A stretch of DNA of 64,000 nt, from contig CBDDIJ010000002.1 of NCBI GenBank assembly GCA_965228855.1, forward strand, positions 1,952,001 through 2,016,000, written 5' to 3'. A model generated the notes under the pieces. The model had not been told where the DNA came from and made no database searches. It was given only the letters and a program-made list of their open reading frames with translations. Position numbers and translations under genes: made by a program. Positions within the stretch are counted from its first letter, which is position 1. Each line of letters starts with the position of its first letter. Origin of the DNA: Candidatus Obscuribacterales bacterium. Its GTDB lineage: Bacteria > Cyanobacteriota > Vampirovibrionia > Obscuribacterales > Obscuribacteraceae. Of this stretch, positions 55,773 through 64,000 are shown piece after piece.

Positions 55773-57491
55773 CTATTGCATGGAAGGCGGCTTGGCCAGA
55801 TTGATTCCGGCGCCGGATTTCTGCGCCCGATCGCGAGCCCGATCTGCTTCCGCCAGCAAAGCTCCCATGTCGCCGGCGTCATCCGGATAGCATGCGATGC
55901 CGATCGAGACTGAGAGACTGGTTGATTTGTCGCCGGATTGCAATCCAGTGCTGACTAAAGATTTCAACAAACGGTCTGCCCGCCGAGCGGTTTTATCTGC
56001 GACCATGCCAGGAAGAATCACGGCAAAGTCAAAATTGTCGTAGTGCGCGACAATTCCTTTGAAATTGCAGGCTTCATCGATACGCCAGGCCAGCTCTTGA
56101 ACTTGAGCCGGCGTCAATTCCTTTTTCTCTTTCTCTCCTGCCGGTTGAACTTCCATTACCATTACGGAGAGTGGCGTTTCATGCGAACATCGGACGAGTT
56201 CCGTCAATAGGAGAAGAAAGGCGGAGTAACTATAAATTCCGGTTCTCTTTTCAAGAAGCTCACTTTTAGCCGATTCTGCTAACGCGGGATCAAAAGCTTT
56301 GCCGTGCATGACACGATCTTTGCTCGGCTTTTTGATCGAGGCGAGTTTAATCAAGTTGCATCTGAGCAGATCCGCGACGATCGGAACCCACTGACTGCGG
56401 GTCAATCCAAGCGCGCTGATGATGTCTTCGAGTGTCTTTTGCCCATCAACGGCCAGGTAAAACTGTTTCAGTTTGTCCGGGCTCAACGTAGCGCCTTGAC
56501 TAATTTCGTGTTCGAATTCAGCCTCGCTCAAGCTCGGTCTGGAGCGCCCCAGAATGGTCGCCATGCGAATTCCGGCTTGAGTTAGGTATGTGGTGTTGTC
56601 GTGTAGTAAGACGCCCTCGAGGATTATTGTGTCGAGCGGCCTGATGATTGTTTTCTCGTCTGTCCGGAGCCGAGGTTCGAATTCAAAGTCGCCTTCCAGC
56701 CAGCAAATCACCTGCAGCAGACAATCTTCACCCGTCCCCCGCGTGCCGATCGCATGTACTGGGGCACCATTCTCGAAGTAGATGTCTGCCCAGATCGTAT
56801 GCCGTTTTACCTTCAGTCTGCCAGACATAGAGCCTAAGCCGATCGACTGAAGCAGATTCGTGATGTGAACTAGCGTGAGGTTGCCCTTAAGAGTTTCTTC
56901 TTGAGGAGTCAGGACTGCATCGCCGTCGAATCGAATGCTGATGCTATCGAATGTCTGAGCGAGCTGCTGTGCTCGCACGCGCTGTTTCTCTTTATGATCG
57001 TTGAAGCTTGGTATGGCGTTGAATGTGTTCATGCCATCAGCCATGGTGGCAGCTTCCAGATCCTCGCCGAGTGAAACCAGTATGGCGTCGTAAACCTTCA
57101 GAGTGTTATCGGTTATCTGAGTCCACAGTTCCCGAGATTTGCCCTCCGGACCGAGGAGCATCTGCCACTCACAAGACTTGCCGGTGGGAGAAACATGCTT
57201 GACCGCGAGCGTAAAGTATTTGCCTTCCGGTGAGGTCCACGCAAAGTTGAAACTGACGCCACTCTCCTTGGATGCCTGGGTCAGAAAGTTTTTTATGTCG
57301 TTTATGCTCGGTCTTTCGGAGAGCTGCCTCACCCTCTGTTGACCGCCCGAATTTGTCAGCATGCTGCTAACTGCTACGTCTGAAGGACTGTCATATGCAT
57401 TGTACCCGTAGGATTTAGTCCTAGTAACGCTTTTCCCTCTTTTCTTCCGGCTTTCTGACGCCTGGCGCCTGTGAGACTCGGTTGTGATCAA
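55773..57491 (-). CDS. DUF4388 (PatA_N)-like plus degenerate GGDEF domain protein
   Basis: LKGNL...NLLQSI...SGRL...IYFENGAPVHA...WLEGDFEF; the C-terminal GGDEF fold has HYDNFDFAVILP and VSIGIACYP. Start uncertain. Confidence 0.75.
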   Translation of the reverse strand: MITTESHRRQASESRKKRGKSVTRTKSYGYNAYDSPSDVAVSSMLTNSGGQQRVRQLSERPSINDIKNFLTQASKESGVSFNFAWTSPEGKYFTLAVKHVSPTGKSCEWQMLLGPEGKSRELWTQITDNTLKVYDAILVSLGEDLEAATMADGMNTFNAIPSFNDHKEKQRVRAQQLAQTFDSISIRFDGDAVLTPQEETLKGNLTLVHITNLLQSIGLGSMSGRLKVKRHTIWADIYFENGAPVHAIGTRGTGEDCLLQVICWLEGDFEFEPRLRTDEKTIIRPLDTIILEGVLLHDNTTYLTQAGIRMATILGRSRPSLSEAEFEHEISQGATLSPDKLKQFYLAVDGQKTLEDIISALGLTRSQWVPIVADLLRCNLIKLASIKKPSKDRVMHGKAFDPALAESAKSELLEKRTGIYSYSAFLLLLTELVRCSHETPLSVMVMEVQPAGEKEKKELTPAQVQELAWRIDEACNFKGIVAHYDNFDFAVILPGMVADKTARRADRLLKSLVSTGLQSGDKSTSLSVSIGIACYPDDAGDMGALLAEADRARDRAQKSGAGINLAKPPSMQ

Positions 57492-58933
57492 GTTGTGATG
57501 GTTGATATCTTCTCGGGCACTGAGACTATTTCCTGCGACTTTCTCAGGCGCACATAGAATTGACTGCCGATGTTTTCTCTTGAGCTGAAACCGATTGCGC
57601 CCATTTGCGCGTCAATCAGTGACTTGCATATTGATAAGCCCAAGCCGCTGCCCTGCTGCTCAGCCTGGGTCTCGCCCTGACGGAACGGCTCGAATATTCG
57701 GGCTTGGTCCTGTTCGCTGATTCCACATCCCTTGTCAATCACGCGGATCTCAACATTTGTAGAACCCATTTCTCGAACTTCAATGTCAATGGAGGAGTTG
57801 GGCGATGAGAATTTGATTGCGTTTGACAGAAGATTGACGATGACCTGCACAAGCTTTTCTTCGTCAGCCATCACTGATAGCGCTGAATGACTAAATCGAA
57901 TCTCGAGTCCTTTGAAATCGGAAAAACCAGCTACACTTTCGACCGCGTTAGTGAGGACTTTGTGGACGGAGACTGGGACCAGTTGTAGCGAAACCGTTCC
58001 CGAAGAAAGTTTTTCAAAGTTTAGAAGGTCGTTTGTCAGTCGGTTTAAACGTTCGATCGCGAGCTCCGACTTCCGGACTCGCTGCATGCCCGTTTCACTA
58101 ATTGTTCCGTAGATTCCTTCCGACAACGAATTTAGAGTTGCCAGAACGGTATTCAATGGAGTCTTTAGATCGTGGCTTACCATGCTGAGAAACTGATGTT
58201 CGCGCTCGCGTGTCTTTTGAATTGCATCGGTCATGTCTCTAAAGACTTTGTCTACCTCATTTATCTCGTCATTGCCTGAAGGCGGTGGTAGAAGTTCTTT
58301 GCCTTCTGTAAAACGCTCTCCATTAGCCACTAAAACGCGCAGTCTCGATGCGAAGTGCAATGAGAAATAGTAGATTAGAAGAACGCAGACGAGAACGTTC
58401 AACGTCAGAGCAAATCCGATCATCCTGTGAATGTTTTGCTCGGCATCCTCGAAGCTTGGCGCCTTATCCGGCGCGAGGCTCGCTTCTTCCTCTGCTAGTA
58501 GACGTTGGACATACAGTTTCAGATCAATTCGTCGTTTATATTCGTTTGCATTGGCACCACCTGTGGTGGTTGCTGCTGTTGCTGCGAGTGCGGTTTCAAA
58601 CCGCTTCAAGTCTTCAATCTGCTCGTTGTATTTTGATGACGAGCGCATAGGTCTTTGGAGTTTTGCTGTGAGAAGCGCTAGCTCTTGAGAGGGAACGTTT
58701 TCCTGCTCCAGTTTTGAAATCAAGCGTTGGCCGCCAATCAATATGCGCGCCGTGCGTTCCGATGCACGTTTCAAGGTCCGCGTCTGTTGCCATAGTGATT
58801 CGAGCACTACTACAAACAGCACCTGAAACACGAGGGGAACCGCTACTAGCAGCAGCACTTTATGCACCATCTTTATTCGCGGCATCGTCATATGCCAGTT
58901 ATGCCCCGCCGCTGTTTTTTCTCTCTTCTGCAA
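57488..58933 (-). CDS. Membrane sensor histidine kinase (HAMP)
   Basis: Two TM helices, GNDEI, SHDLKTPL, NLLSNAIKFS, DKGCGI and GSGLGLSI. Confidence 0.92.
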   Translation of the reverse strand: MQKREKTAAGHNWHMTMPRIKMVHKVLLLVAVPLVFQVLFVVVLESLWQQTRTLKRASERTARILIGGQRLISKLEQENVPSQELALLTAKLQRPMRSSSKYNEQIEDLKRFETALAATAATTTGGANANEYKRRIDLKLYVQRLLAEEEASLAPDKAPSFEDAEQNIHRMIGFALTLNVLVCVLLIYYFSLHFASRLRVLVANGERFTEGKELLPPPSGNDEINEVDKVFRDMTDAIQKTREREHQFLSMVSHDLKTPLNTVLATLNSLSEGIYGTISETGMQRVRKSELAIERLNRLTNDLLNFEKLSSGTVSLQLVPVSVHKVLTNAVESVAGFSDFKGLEIRFSHSALSVMADEEKLVQVIVNLLSNAIKFSSPNSSIDIEVREMGSTNVEIRVIDKGCGISEQDQARIFEPFRQGETQAEQQGSGLGLSICKSLIDAQMGAIGFSSRENIGSQFYVRLRKSQEIVSVPEKISTITT

Positions 58934-59018
58934 ATTTTCAACAATTGCTCAACACCGCTTATATACATTCCGCCTATCGTCGAAATTATTATCGCCAGCG
59001 GTTTTAGCGGGGTTTGCT

Positions 59019-59945
59019 ATGTCGATTCCAGTTGTTGCAATTCTTACTTTCGCTTGTATGACGGCAGCCGGTTTACTTATCTTGAAACCGCTGGTAGCTC
59101 AGTATGTGCATTCATATTCCGTTCGCATTCGCGCGCGTCGCGATGTCGATCTAGGCTCCGCGGAGCAGCCAAAAGATTCTCGACTACTGAGCATTCTAAA
59201 ACTGGCAGGGCAGCTCACTCTGAGCGCTTTTCCGAACCTTGCCGATCGGCGAGCAGTTGCCCTTCTAACGATGGCTAATTACAGGACGCCGGATCACCTA
59301 GCCATGTTCACCGGTGTTCGCGCTTCCAGTTCCCTCAGTATCCTTCTGCTGGGGTTGCTCGCTGCTACCGGTAATCCGATCAATCTGGTATTAGCTATTC
59401 CAGCCGCAGTAGTCGCATGGCTACTTCCAAATTTCTTTTTATCGATGCGCGTTACGAAGCGGAAAGACCAGATTTTGCGTGAACTTCCAATCATCATAGA
59501 TTTGATGATCGTCTGTGCGCAAGCCGGTCTTGGATTGCTTCAGGGGTTGGATCGCATATCAAGCGAGGTTGATGAATCGTGTCCGGCTCTGACGCAAGAA
59601 ATTAAACAGATGATCAACGATATAAAGTTGTTTGCCAAATCTGCGCCGTTTGCATTGCGTGAAATGGGAGAACGGTGCGGTGTCGATGAGTTGATTAATC
59701 TGGCTTCCGCACTCATTGCTGCCGAGGCTAAGGGAGCGGACATCAGTTATCCGTTGCAACAGCAAGGTGCCGCGTTGAGGGACCGGTTGAAGCGCAAAAA
59801 GGAAGAAGAGGCTGGGAAAGTGCCGGTGAAGATGGTACCTGTGATCATGATATTTATTATGCCGCTGATTCTAGCTCCGATGTTGGGACCCGCGGTCGTT
59901 GTAATCGTTGATACCATGAAGCCTATTCTGGAGAACTTAAAATGA
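59019..59945 (+). CDS. tadC: TadC-like type II secretion system F family protein
   Basis: LPNFFL..RVTKRKDQILRELPIIIDLMIVCAQAGLGL and EEEAGKVPVKMVP. Confidence 0.85.
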   Translation: MSIPVVAILTFACMTAAGLLILKPLVAQYVHSYSVRIRARRDVDLGSAEQPKDSRLLSILKLAGQLTLSAFPNLADRRAVALLTMANYRTPDHLAMFTGVRASSSLSILLLGLLAATGNPINLVLAIPAAVVAWLLPNFFLSMRVTKRKDQILRELPIIIDLMIVCAQAGLGLLQGLDRISSEVDESCPALTQEIKQMINDIKLFAKSAPFALREMGERCGVDELINLASALIAAEAKGADISYPLQQQGAALRDRLKRKKEEEAGKVPVKMVPVIMIFIMPLILAPMLGPAVVVIVDTMKPILENLK

Positions 59946-59960
59946 GACATGAACTTGAAT

Positions 59961-60632
59961 CTACGGCTCGAATCTGTATCCGACACCATGGACGGTGACA
60001 ATCATATGTTTGTCACCGTTTTTCCCGAGTTTGTTTCGCAATCGCGTAATGTACGACCGAATCGTGTCCGGCGACGCTTCCGTATCACTTGCCCAAACCC
60101 GTTGAATCAGTGCTTCGGCACTGAATACCTTGCCCGGGTTTCGTGCAAAAAACAGGAGCAACGAAAATTCCTTTGGAAGAAACGACACCTCGGTATCATC
60201 CTTTAAAACTCTATGTTCGTCCGGGTATATTTTCAGATTACTGATTTCCAGACATCCATCATTGACTGACGAGTTTCTCCTGAGCTGTGCTTTTACACGC
60301 ATTGACAGTTCTCGCATGTTGAACGGTTTGGTCAGGTAGTCATCCGCCCCGGCATCAAAACCAAGTTCCTTGTCATCTATTGTTTTGTTTCCGGTAAGCA
60401 TTATGATTGGAGCTTTTCCACCCTGGCGGCGAAATGTTCGCGCCACATCTATTCCGCTCACTCCCGGCAGATTTAAATCTAGAATCAGCAAATCGTACTC
60501 GCCGCTGCGCAGATAGTGCAATGCCGAAGGACCATCGTTCGCGATGTCCACTAAATAGTTTTGCGCGACAAGCCAGTCCCTCACCGCATCCGCGAAATCT
60601 TGTTGGTCTTCGACTAGCAGCAGTTTCGTCAC
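59961..60632 (-). CDS. OmpR-family response regulator
   Basis: LLVED, LDLNLPG, GADDYLTKPF and winged helix (KEFSLL, YITRLRNKL, TVHGVGYRF). Confidence 0.95.
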   Translation of the reverse strand: MTKLLLVEDQQDFADAVRDWLVAQNYLVDIANDGPSALHYLRSGEYDLLILDLNLPGVSGIDVARTFRRQGGKAPIIMLTGNKTIDDKELGFDAGADDYLTKPFNMRELSMRVKAQLRRNSSVNDGCLEISNLKIYPDEHRVLKDDTEVSFLPKEFSLLLFFARNPGKVFSAEALIQRVWASDTEASPDTIRSYITRLRNKLGKNGDKHMIVTVHGVGYRFEP

Positions 60633-60903
60633 GGCTCGCCTCCAGTTCTGAATACTTTATCACTCAACTCGAAAAATCACCGCTGCGGGTGATCGTTGAA
60701 TGCGTGCCGACAAAAGATTTTTCAAGAATTCACGCTCAGAACGTAGCAATTCTTGGTTCCATGACCCTAATTTCGCGCCGAGTTTGGGCCAATCCACACT
60801 TGGAAAACCTATTTTAGAGCCAGAACCACCGCTAAATCAGGCTCCTCTTTTGGAAGAGTAGCACTGCCAGCGGTGGCTCAAAGTTTTTGATTCTGGTTGT
60901 CGA

Positions 60904-62328
60904 TTAGAAGCGGAGTGAGATGCCGAAACTGTTGCCTCTGCTACGATTTCCGCCCCAATTATTGCCGTATCCATAATCGTTCATGTATGGCATACGTCCG
61001 TTCATAAACCGTCTGCCCTGATTGAGCATCAAATCAATCGCAAATCTTCCATTGTTGTTGCGGCAGTTGCGATCGTAACGATCATAGCGGTCATAACGAT
61101 CGTAGCGGTCGTAGCGATCATAACGACCCGAGTTTCTGTAGTCGCCGAAGCATCCATCATTCACGTACGGCGGTAACTGCGGTCTATATTGAGGTTCGTA
61201 ACTGTCATAGCGATCTTGTCTGTACGGAGGGCGCGAATACCCCCAGTCGTCACCCCTCTCTATTACGACAACAGGTGGCTGATTCCGTTGCGGGATGTAT
61301 TCCGGCCGTCCTTCGTAGTAGGGCGGCGCTTCTGGTTGTCTGCGCACCACAGGTGGTGGTCCGTCTTGCCGGCCTTGATAGATATTTACCGTGTCCGCCT
61401 GGTTTATGTAAACACCATCGCGACCATGTGTATGTGCCGGTCTTCTTTGTTCCGGAGGAAGCACCTCAACTCTCGGCGGTGCCGGACGAGGCGGCTCGGC
61501 TGGTACCGGAGCTTCCGTTCTTGGTGGCGCTGGCGGAAGTGGTTCCGCCGGTGCTTCGCCAGGCTGATGGCGAGGAATTGTCAGAGTCCAGCCAGACTTA
61601 ATGAAGTGGTTGTTGCAGCTCAAAGATGGGTATCTGTTGCTGTTGAGCGAAACAATCTGTTGAACTTCGGCTTCGATAGCCTTTCTGTCGTGTGCCATGC
61701 CGGAGCCGCGCAGATTTCGTTCCGCAATTGCTGAGAGGCTGTCACCATACTCGACCTTGTATCGGCCGGTCTCATTGACTTCGATTCCCAGACCGCGACG
61801 CTGATCGGAAACTGCTTTCCACTGACGTCCTTGCTCGGTTTCGTATTTGAAATCCGGTCTGAAGTCGCAATTGCCCTTATCTTCGACGCCCTCGGCTGGG
61901 GCGGGAACTCCGGGCGGCACAATTTCTTGTGGCTTGCCCGATGTATCCGGTTGAACGGGCGCACCAGGCGCCACTGGAACCGTGCCTTCCGGCGGCACTG
62001 CCGCAGGGGCGGTCGGTTCATCGACTTTCCCAGTCGTATTATCGCCTACATCTATTGCTGATGATGGAGCTGCCGGAGGAGCGACGTCTGCTCCCGGAGG
62101 TAAGGCCTGGCGCTCTTGCGTCTGCGCAGGAGGTGTTACTTCAGCTGCGGGGGCTTGCGTTGTATCCGGAACCGCTACCGCGCCTGGCGGTGGAACGTCG
62201 GTTGAGACAGTTGGCTGGTCAGCGGTTTTAGCTGCCGGAGGTCCCGTCATGATCGAGTCATATAAGGAACTGTCTGGAGCCGGTGTTCCCTGATTCTTAG
62301 CTACTTCTACGTTGTTTTCCAAAGACAT
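60904..62328 (-). CDS. Pro-rich protein with a LysM-like domain and Arg/Tyr/Asp/Gly-rich tail
   Basis: YKVEYGDSLSAIA...IVSLN...IKSGWTLTIP. Confidence 0.7.
   Translation of the reverse strand: MSLENNVEVAKNQGTPAPDSSLYDSIMTGPPAAKTADQPTVSTDVPPPGAVAVPDTTQAPAAEVTPPAQTQERQALPPGADVAPPAAPSSAIDVGDNTTGKVDEPTAPAAVPPEGTVPVAPGAPVQPDTSGKPQEIVPPGVPAPAEGVEDKGNCDFRPDFKYETEQGRQWKAVSDQRRGLGIEVNETGRYKVEYGDSLSAIAERNLRGSGMAHDRKAIEAEVQQIVSLNSNRYPSLSCNNHFIKSGWTLTIPRHQPGEAPAEPLPPAPPRTEAPVPAEPPRPAPPRVEVLPPEQRRPAHTHGRDGVYINQADTVNIYQGRQDGPPPVVRRQPEAPPYYEGRPEYIPQRNQPPVVVIERGDDWGYSRPPYRQDRYDSYEPQYRPQLPPYVNDGCFGDYRNSGRYDRYDRYDRYDRYDRYDRNCRNNNGRFAIDLMLNQGRRFMNGRMPYMNDYGYGNNWGGNRSRGNSFGISLRF
61072..61125 (-). repeat. 6 x 9 bp coding tandem repeat, (RYD)6
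   Basis: + strand units atcgtaacg, atcatagcg, gtcataacg, atcgtagcg, gtcgtagcg, atcataacg. Confidence 0.9.
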
Positions 62329-62570
62329 AATATCGATGAGCCCCGTGAGTGAGTCGGTGAGCAGTGCGCTTGCCTTGACAGTGCGTTGCGAGTGAATTTT
62401 TCAAGGCAATATCAGTAGTTTCCTGAGTGTAGCCAAGGGTGGCCGACTAGCCAATGGGGAAATTCCCATCCCCGCCGGATCTTTGCGGATGATTAAGAGA
62501 GTCGAATTGCTGAGCCGCCTCAGGGCGCAGGAGCGTATCATTTGAGACGCTGAAGTCCTGAGGTGTATTT

Positions 62571-63239
62571 ATGTTTTCCGGAATCGTTGAGGCCGTTGGA
62601 GTCGTAGATAAGGTTGTCGACGCGGGCGGCGGTTTGAAGTTCAGAATAAACTGCCCGCAGATCCTCGCCGATGCTCAGATGGGTGAGTCTATCGCCGTCA
62701 ACGGCACGTGCCTGACCGTGATCGAATATACAGAGGAATGGTTCGACGTTGAAGTTACTCAGGAGACGCTGCGGTGTACGACCCTGGGTACGCTCAAGGA
62801 AAAACAGAAGGTCAACCTCGAAAAGGCTCTTAAGGTATCAGACCGGCTGGGTGGACACATGGTAACCGGGCACGTCGATACGGTCGGTCACGTTGGAGAG
62901 ATTACTGAGGATGGCTTCTCGAAGATAATGAAGTTCACCCTTGATGGAAAGTGGGCGCCATTTTTTGTCAAAAAAGGCTCAGTAACGGTTGAAGGCGTCT
63001 CGCTCACCGTTGCTGACTGTGGCGGGCTTAGCAACAATTCATCTAATGCCGGCAAAGGTGGCGAGTTCTGGTTCACCGTTGCGCTGATTCCCCACACAAT
63101 GGACGTTACGACGCTGGGAACCATTCAGGTGGGCGACCCGGTCAATGTCGAAACCGATGTTATCGCTCGATATGTAGTCCGTTTGCTTGGAGATAGCTAT
63201 CTGGAAAACCTTAATAAAGAGAGAGAATCTGTACTCTAA
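62571..63239 (+). CDS. ribE: Riboflavin synthase (alpha chain)
   Basis: MFSGIVE, GESIAVNGTCLTV, RLGGHMVTGHVD, KGSVTVEGVSLTV and VNVETD. Called ribC in E. coli nomenclature. Confidence 0.96.
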   Translation: MFSGIVEAVGVVDKVVDAGGGLKFRINCPQILADAQMGESIAVNGTCLTVIEYTEEWFDVEVTQETLRCTTLGTLKEKQKVNLEKALKVSDRLGGHMVTGHVDTVGHVGEITEDGFSKIMKFTLDGKWAPFFVKKGSVTVEGVSLTVADCGGLSNNSSNAGKGGEFWFTVALIPHTMDVTTLGTIQVGDPVNVETDVIARYVVRLLGDSYLENLNKERESVL

Positions 63240-63331
63240 ATGGATATTCAAAGCTAGACTTTTGATGTCAAGTCGGCAAGCATCGCCGACGCGCTCAGCG
63301 CAGACTCGGATCCGCAAATAGAGGGAATCAC

Positions 63332-64000
63332 ATGGTCTCGGAATCGCAGGACAACAGCACTGATTTCAACACGGTAGAAGAGGCTCTCACCGACATAGCT
63401 CAGGGAAAGTTTGTAATCGTAGCCGATGATGAAGGGCGAGAGAACGAAGGCGACCTCATCTGTGCCGCAGAGCTTATCACCCCGGCGATGATGAACTTCA
63501 TGGTGAGCGAGGCAAAAGGATTCGTTTGCCTCACCATGACTAAAGACCACGCCAGGCGTCTCAACTTGCCGATGATGGTCGAGCATAACACCGAGGCCCT
63601 GAGCACAGCGTTTACAGTAACTATTGATGCTGACCCTAAATATGGTGTCACGACAGGAATCAGCGCTTACGATCGCGCAACGACGATTCGTGTTGCTGTG
63701 GATCCCAACGCTGTTGAGTCTGATTTGCGACGTCCCGGACACATCTCTCCTCTGGTTGCGCGGGAAGGCGGTGTTCTCCGCCGAGCCGGTCACACGGAGG
63801 CTGCTTGCGATCTGGCTCGCCTGGCTGGTCTGACTCCAGCTGGTGTAATTTGCGAAATTCTCCACACTGATGGAACCATGGCGCGAGTGCCGCAGCTGCG
63901 CGAGTTCGCTAAGAAACACGACATCAAGTTTATAACGATCGCTCAGTTGATTGCTTATCGGTTGGAACGCGAGCGTTTCGTGGTTCGAGAAGCCAAAGCT
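63332..64000 (+). CDS. ribB: DHBP synthase, probably bifunctional RibBA; truncated by the window end
   Basis: Not in the ORF track. Manual translation from ATG 63332 gives MVSESQDNSTDFNTVEEALTDIAQGKFVIVADDEGRENEGDL...AFTVTIDA...TTGISAYDRA...RPGHISPL...RRAGHTEA...ICEI, with no stop before 64000. Confidence 0.92.
   Translation, partial: MVSESQDNSTDFNTVEEALTDIAQGKFVIVADDEGRENEGDLICAAELITPAMMNFMVSEAKGFVCLTMTKDHARRLNLPMMVEHNTEALSTAFTVTIDADPKYGVTTGISAYDRATTIRVAVDPNAVESDLRRPGHISPLVAREGGVLRRAGHTEAACDLARLAGLTPAGVICEILHTDGTMARVPQLREFAKKHDIKFITIAQLIAYRLERERFVVREAKA

Noticed and set aside
62329..62570. FMN riboswitch upstream of the rib genes
   Set aside because: Only fragments (GGGGAAATTCCC, CGGATG) resemble it. 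The ordered conserved blocks of the RFN element are not present. An Rfam scan would settle it.
63254..63919. 221 aa minus-strand ORF
   Set aside because: Antisense shadow of the clear ribB reading frame on the + strand.

Overview
This is a gene-dense bacterial chromosomal segment. I could not identify any rRNA, tRNA, CRISPR array, integrase, transposase or relaxase. The gene content (cyanobacteria-like GAF domains, an ndh-like nuoABCD-HIJK block, a zinc-ribbon Ser/Thr kinase, many TPR and Gly/Pro-rich exported proteins, no photosynthesis genes) suggests a non-photosynthetic cyanobacterial relative such as Vampirovibrionia/Melainabacteria; that assignment is inference only. Housekeeping and metabolic genes are pxpA, a MoxR/DUF58 operon, rpsA, rnc, nuoABCDHIJK, otsA, rimM, ubiX, ribE and a partial ribB(A). 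The most striking region is ~38-55.7 kb, a co-oriented type IV secretion-like cluster. It holds two Gly-rich exported proteins, a lipoprotein, two paralogous giant VirB6/TrbL-like proteins (909 and ~1908 aa, the second with a long repeat tail), a DUF2225-like protein, a PrgI/VirB3-like protein, a VirB4 ATPase and two small VirB8-like candidates. A divergent operon encodes two TPR proteins and a VirB10/TrbI-like protein and runs into ubiX-rimM. No DNA-mobility genes are visible in the window. A second notable region is a sensor-less signalling cluster (23.4-28.2 kb) with a receiver-HTH-Ser/Thr kinase fusion, an Hpt-REC-histidine kinase, and matching palindromic operator-like sites. All calls come from motif recognition by eye; no searches were run.
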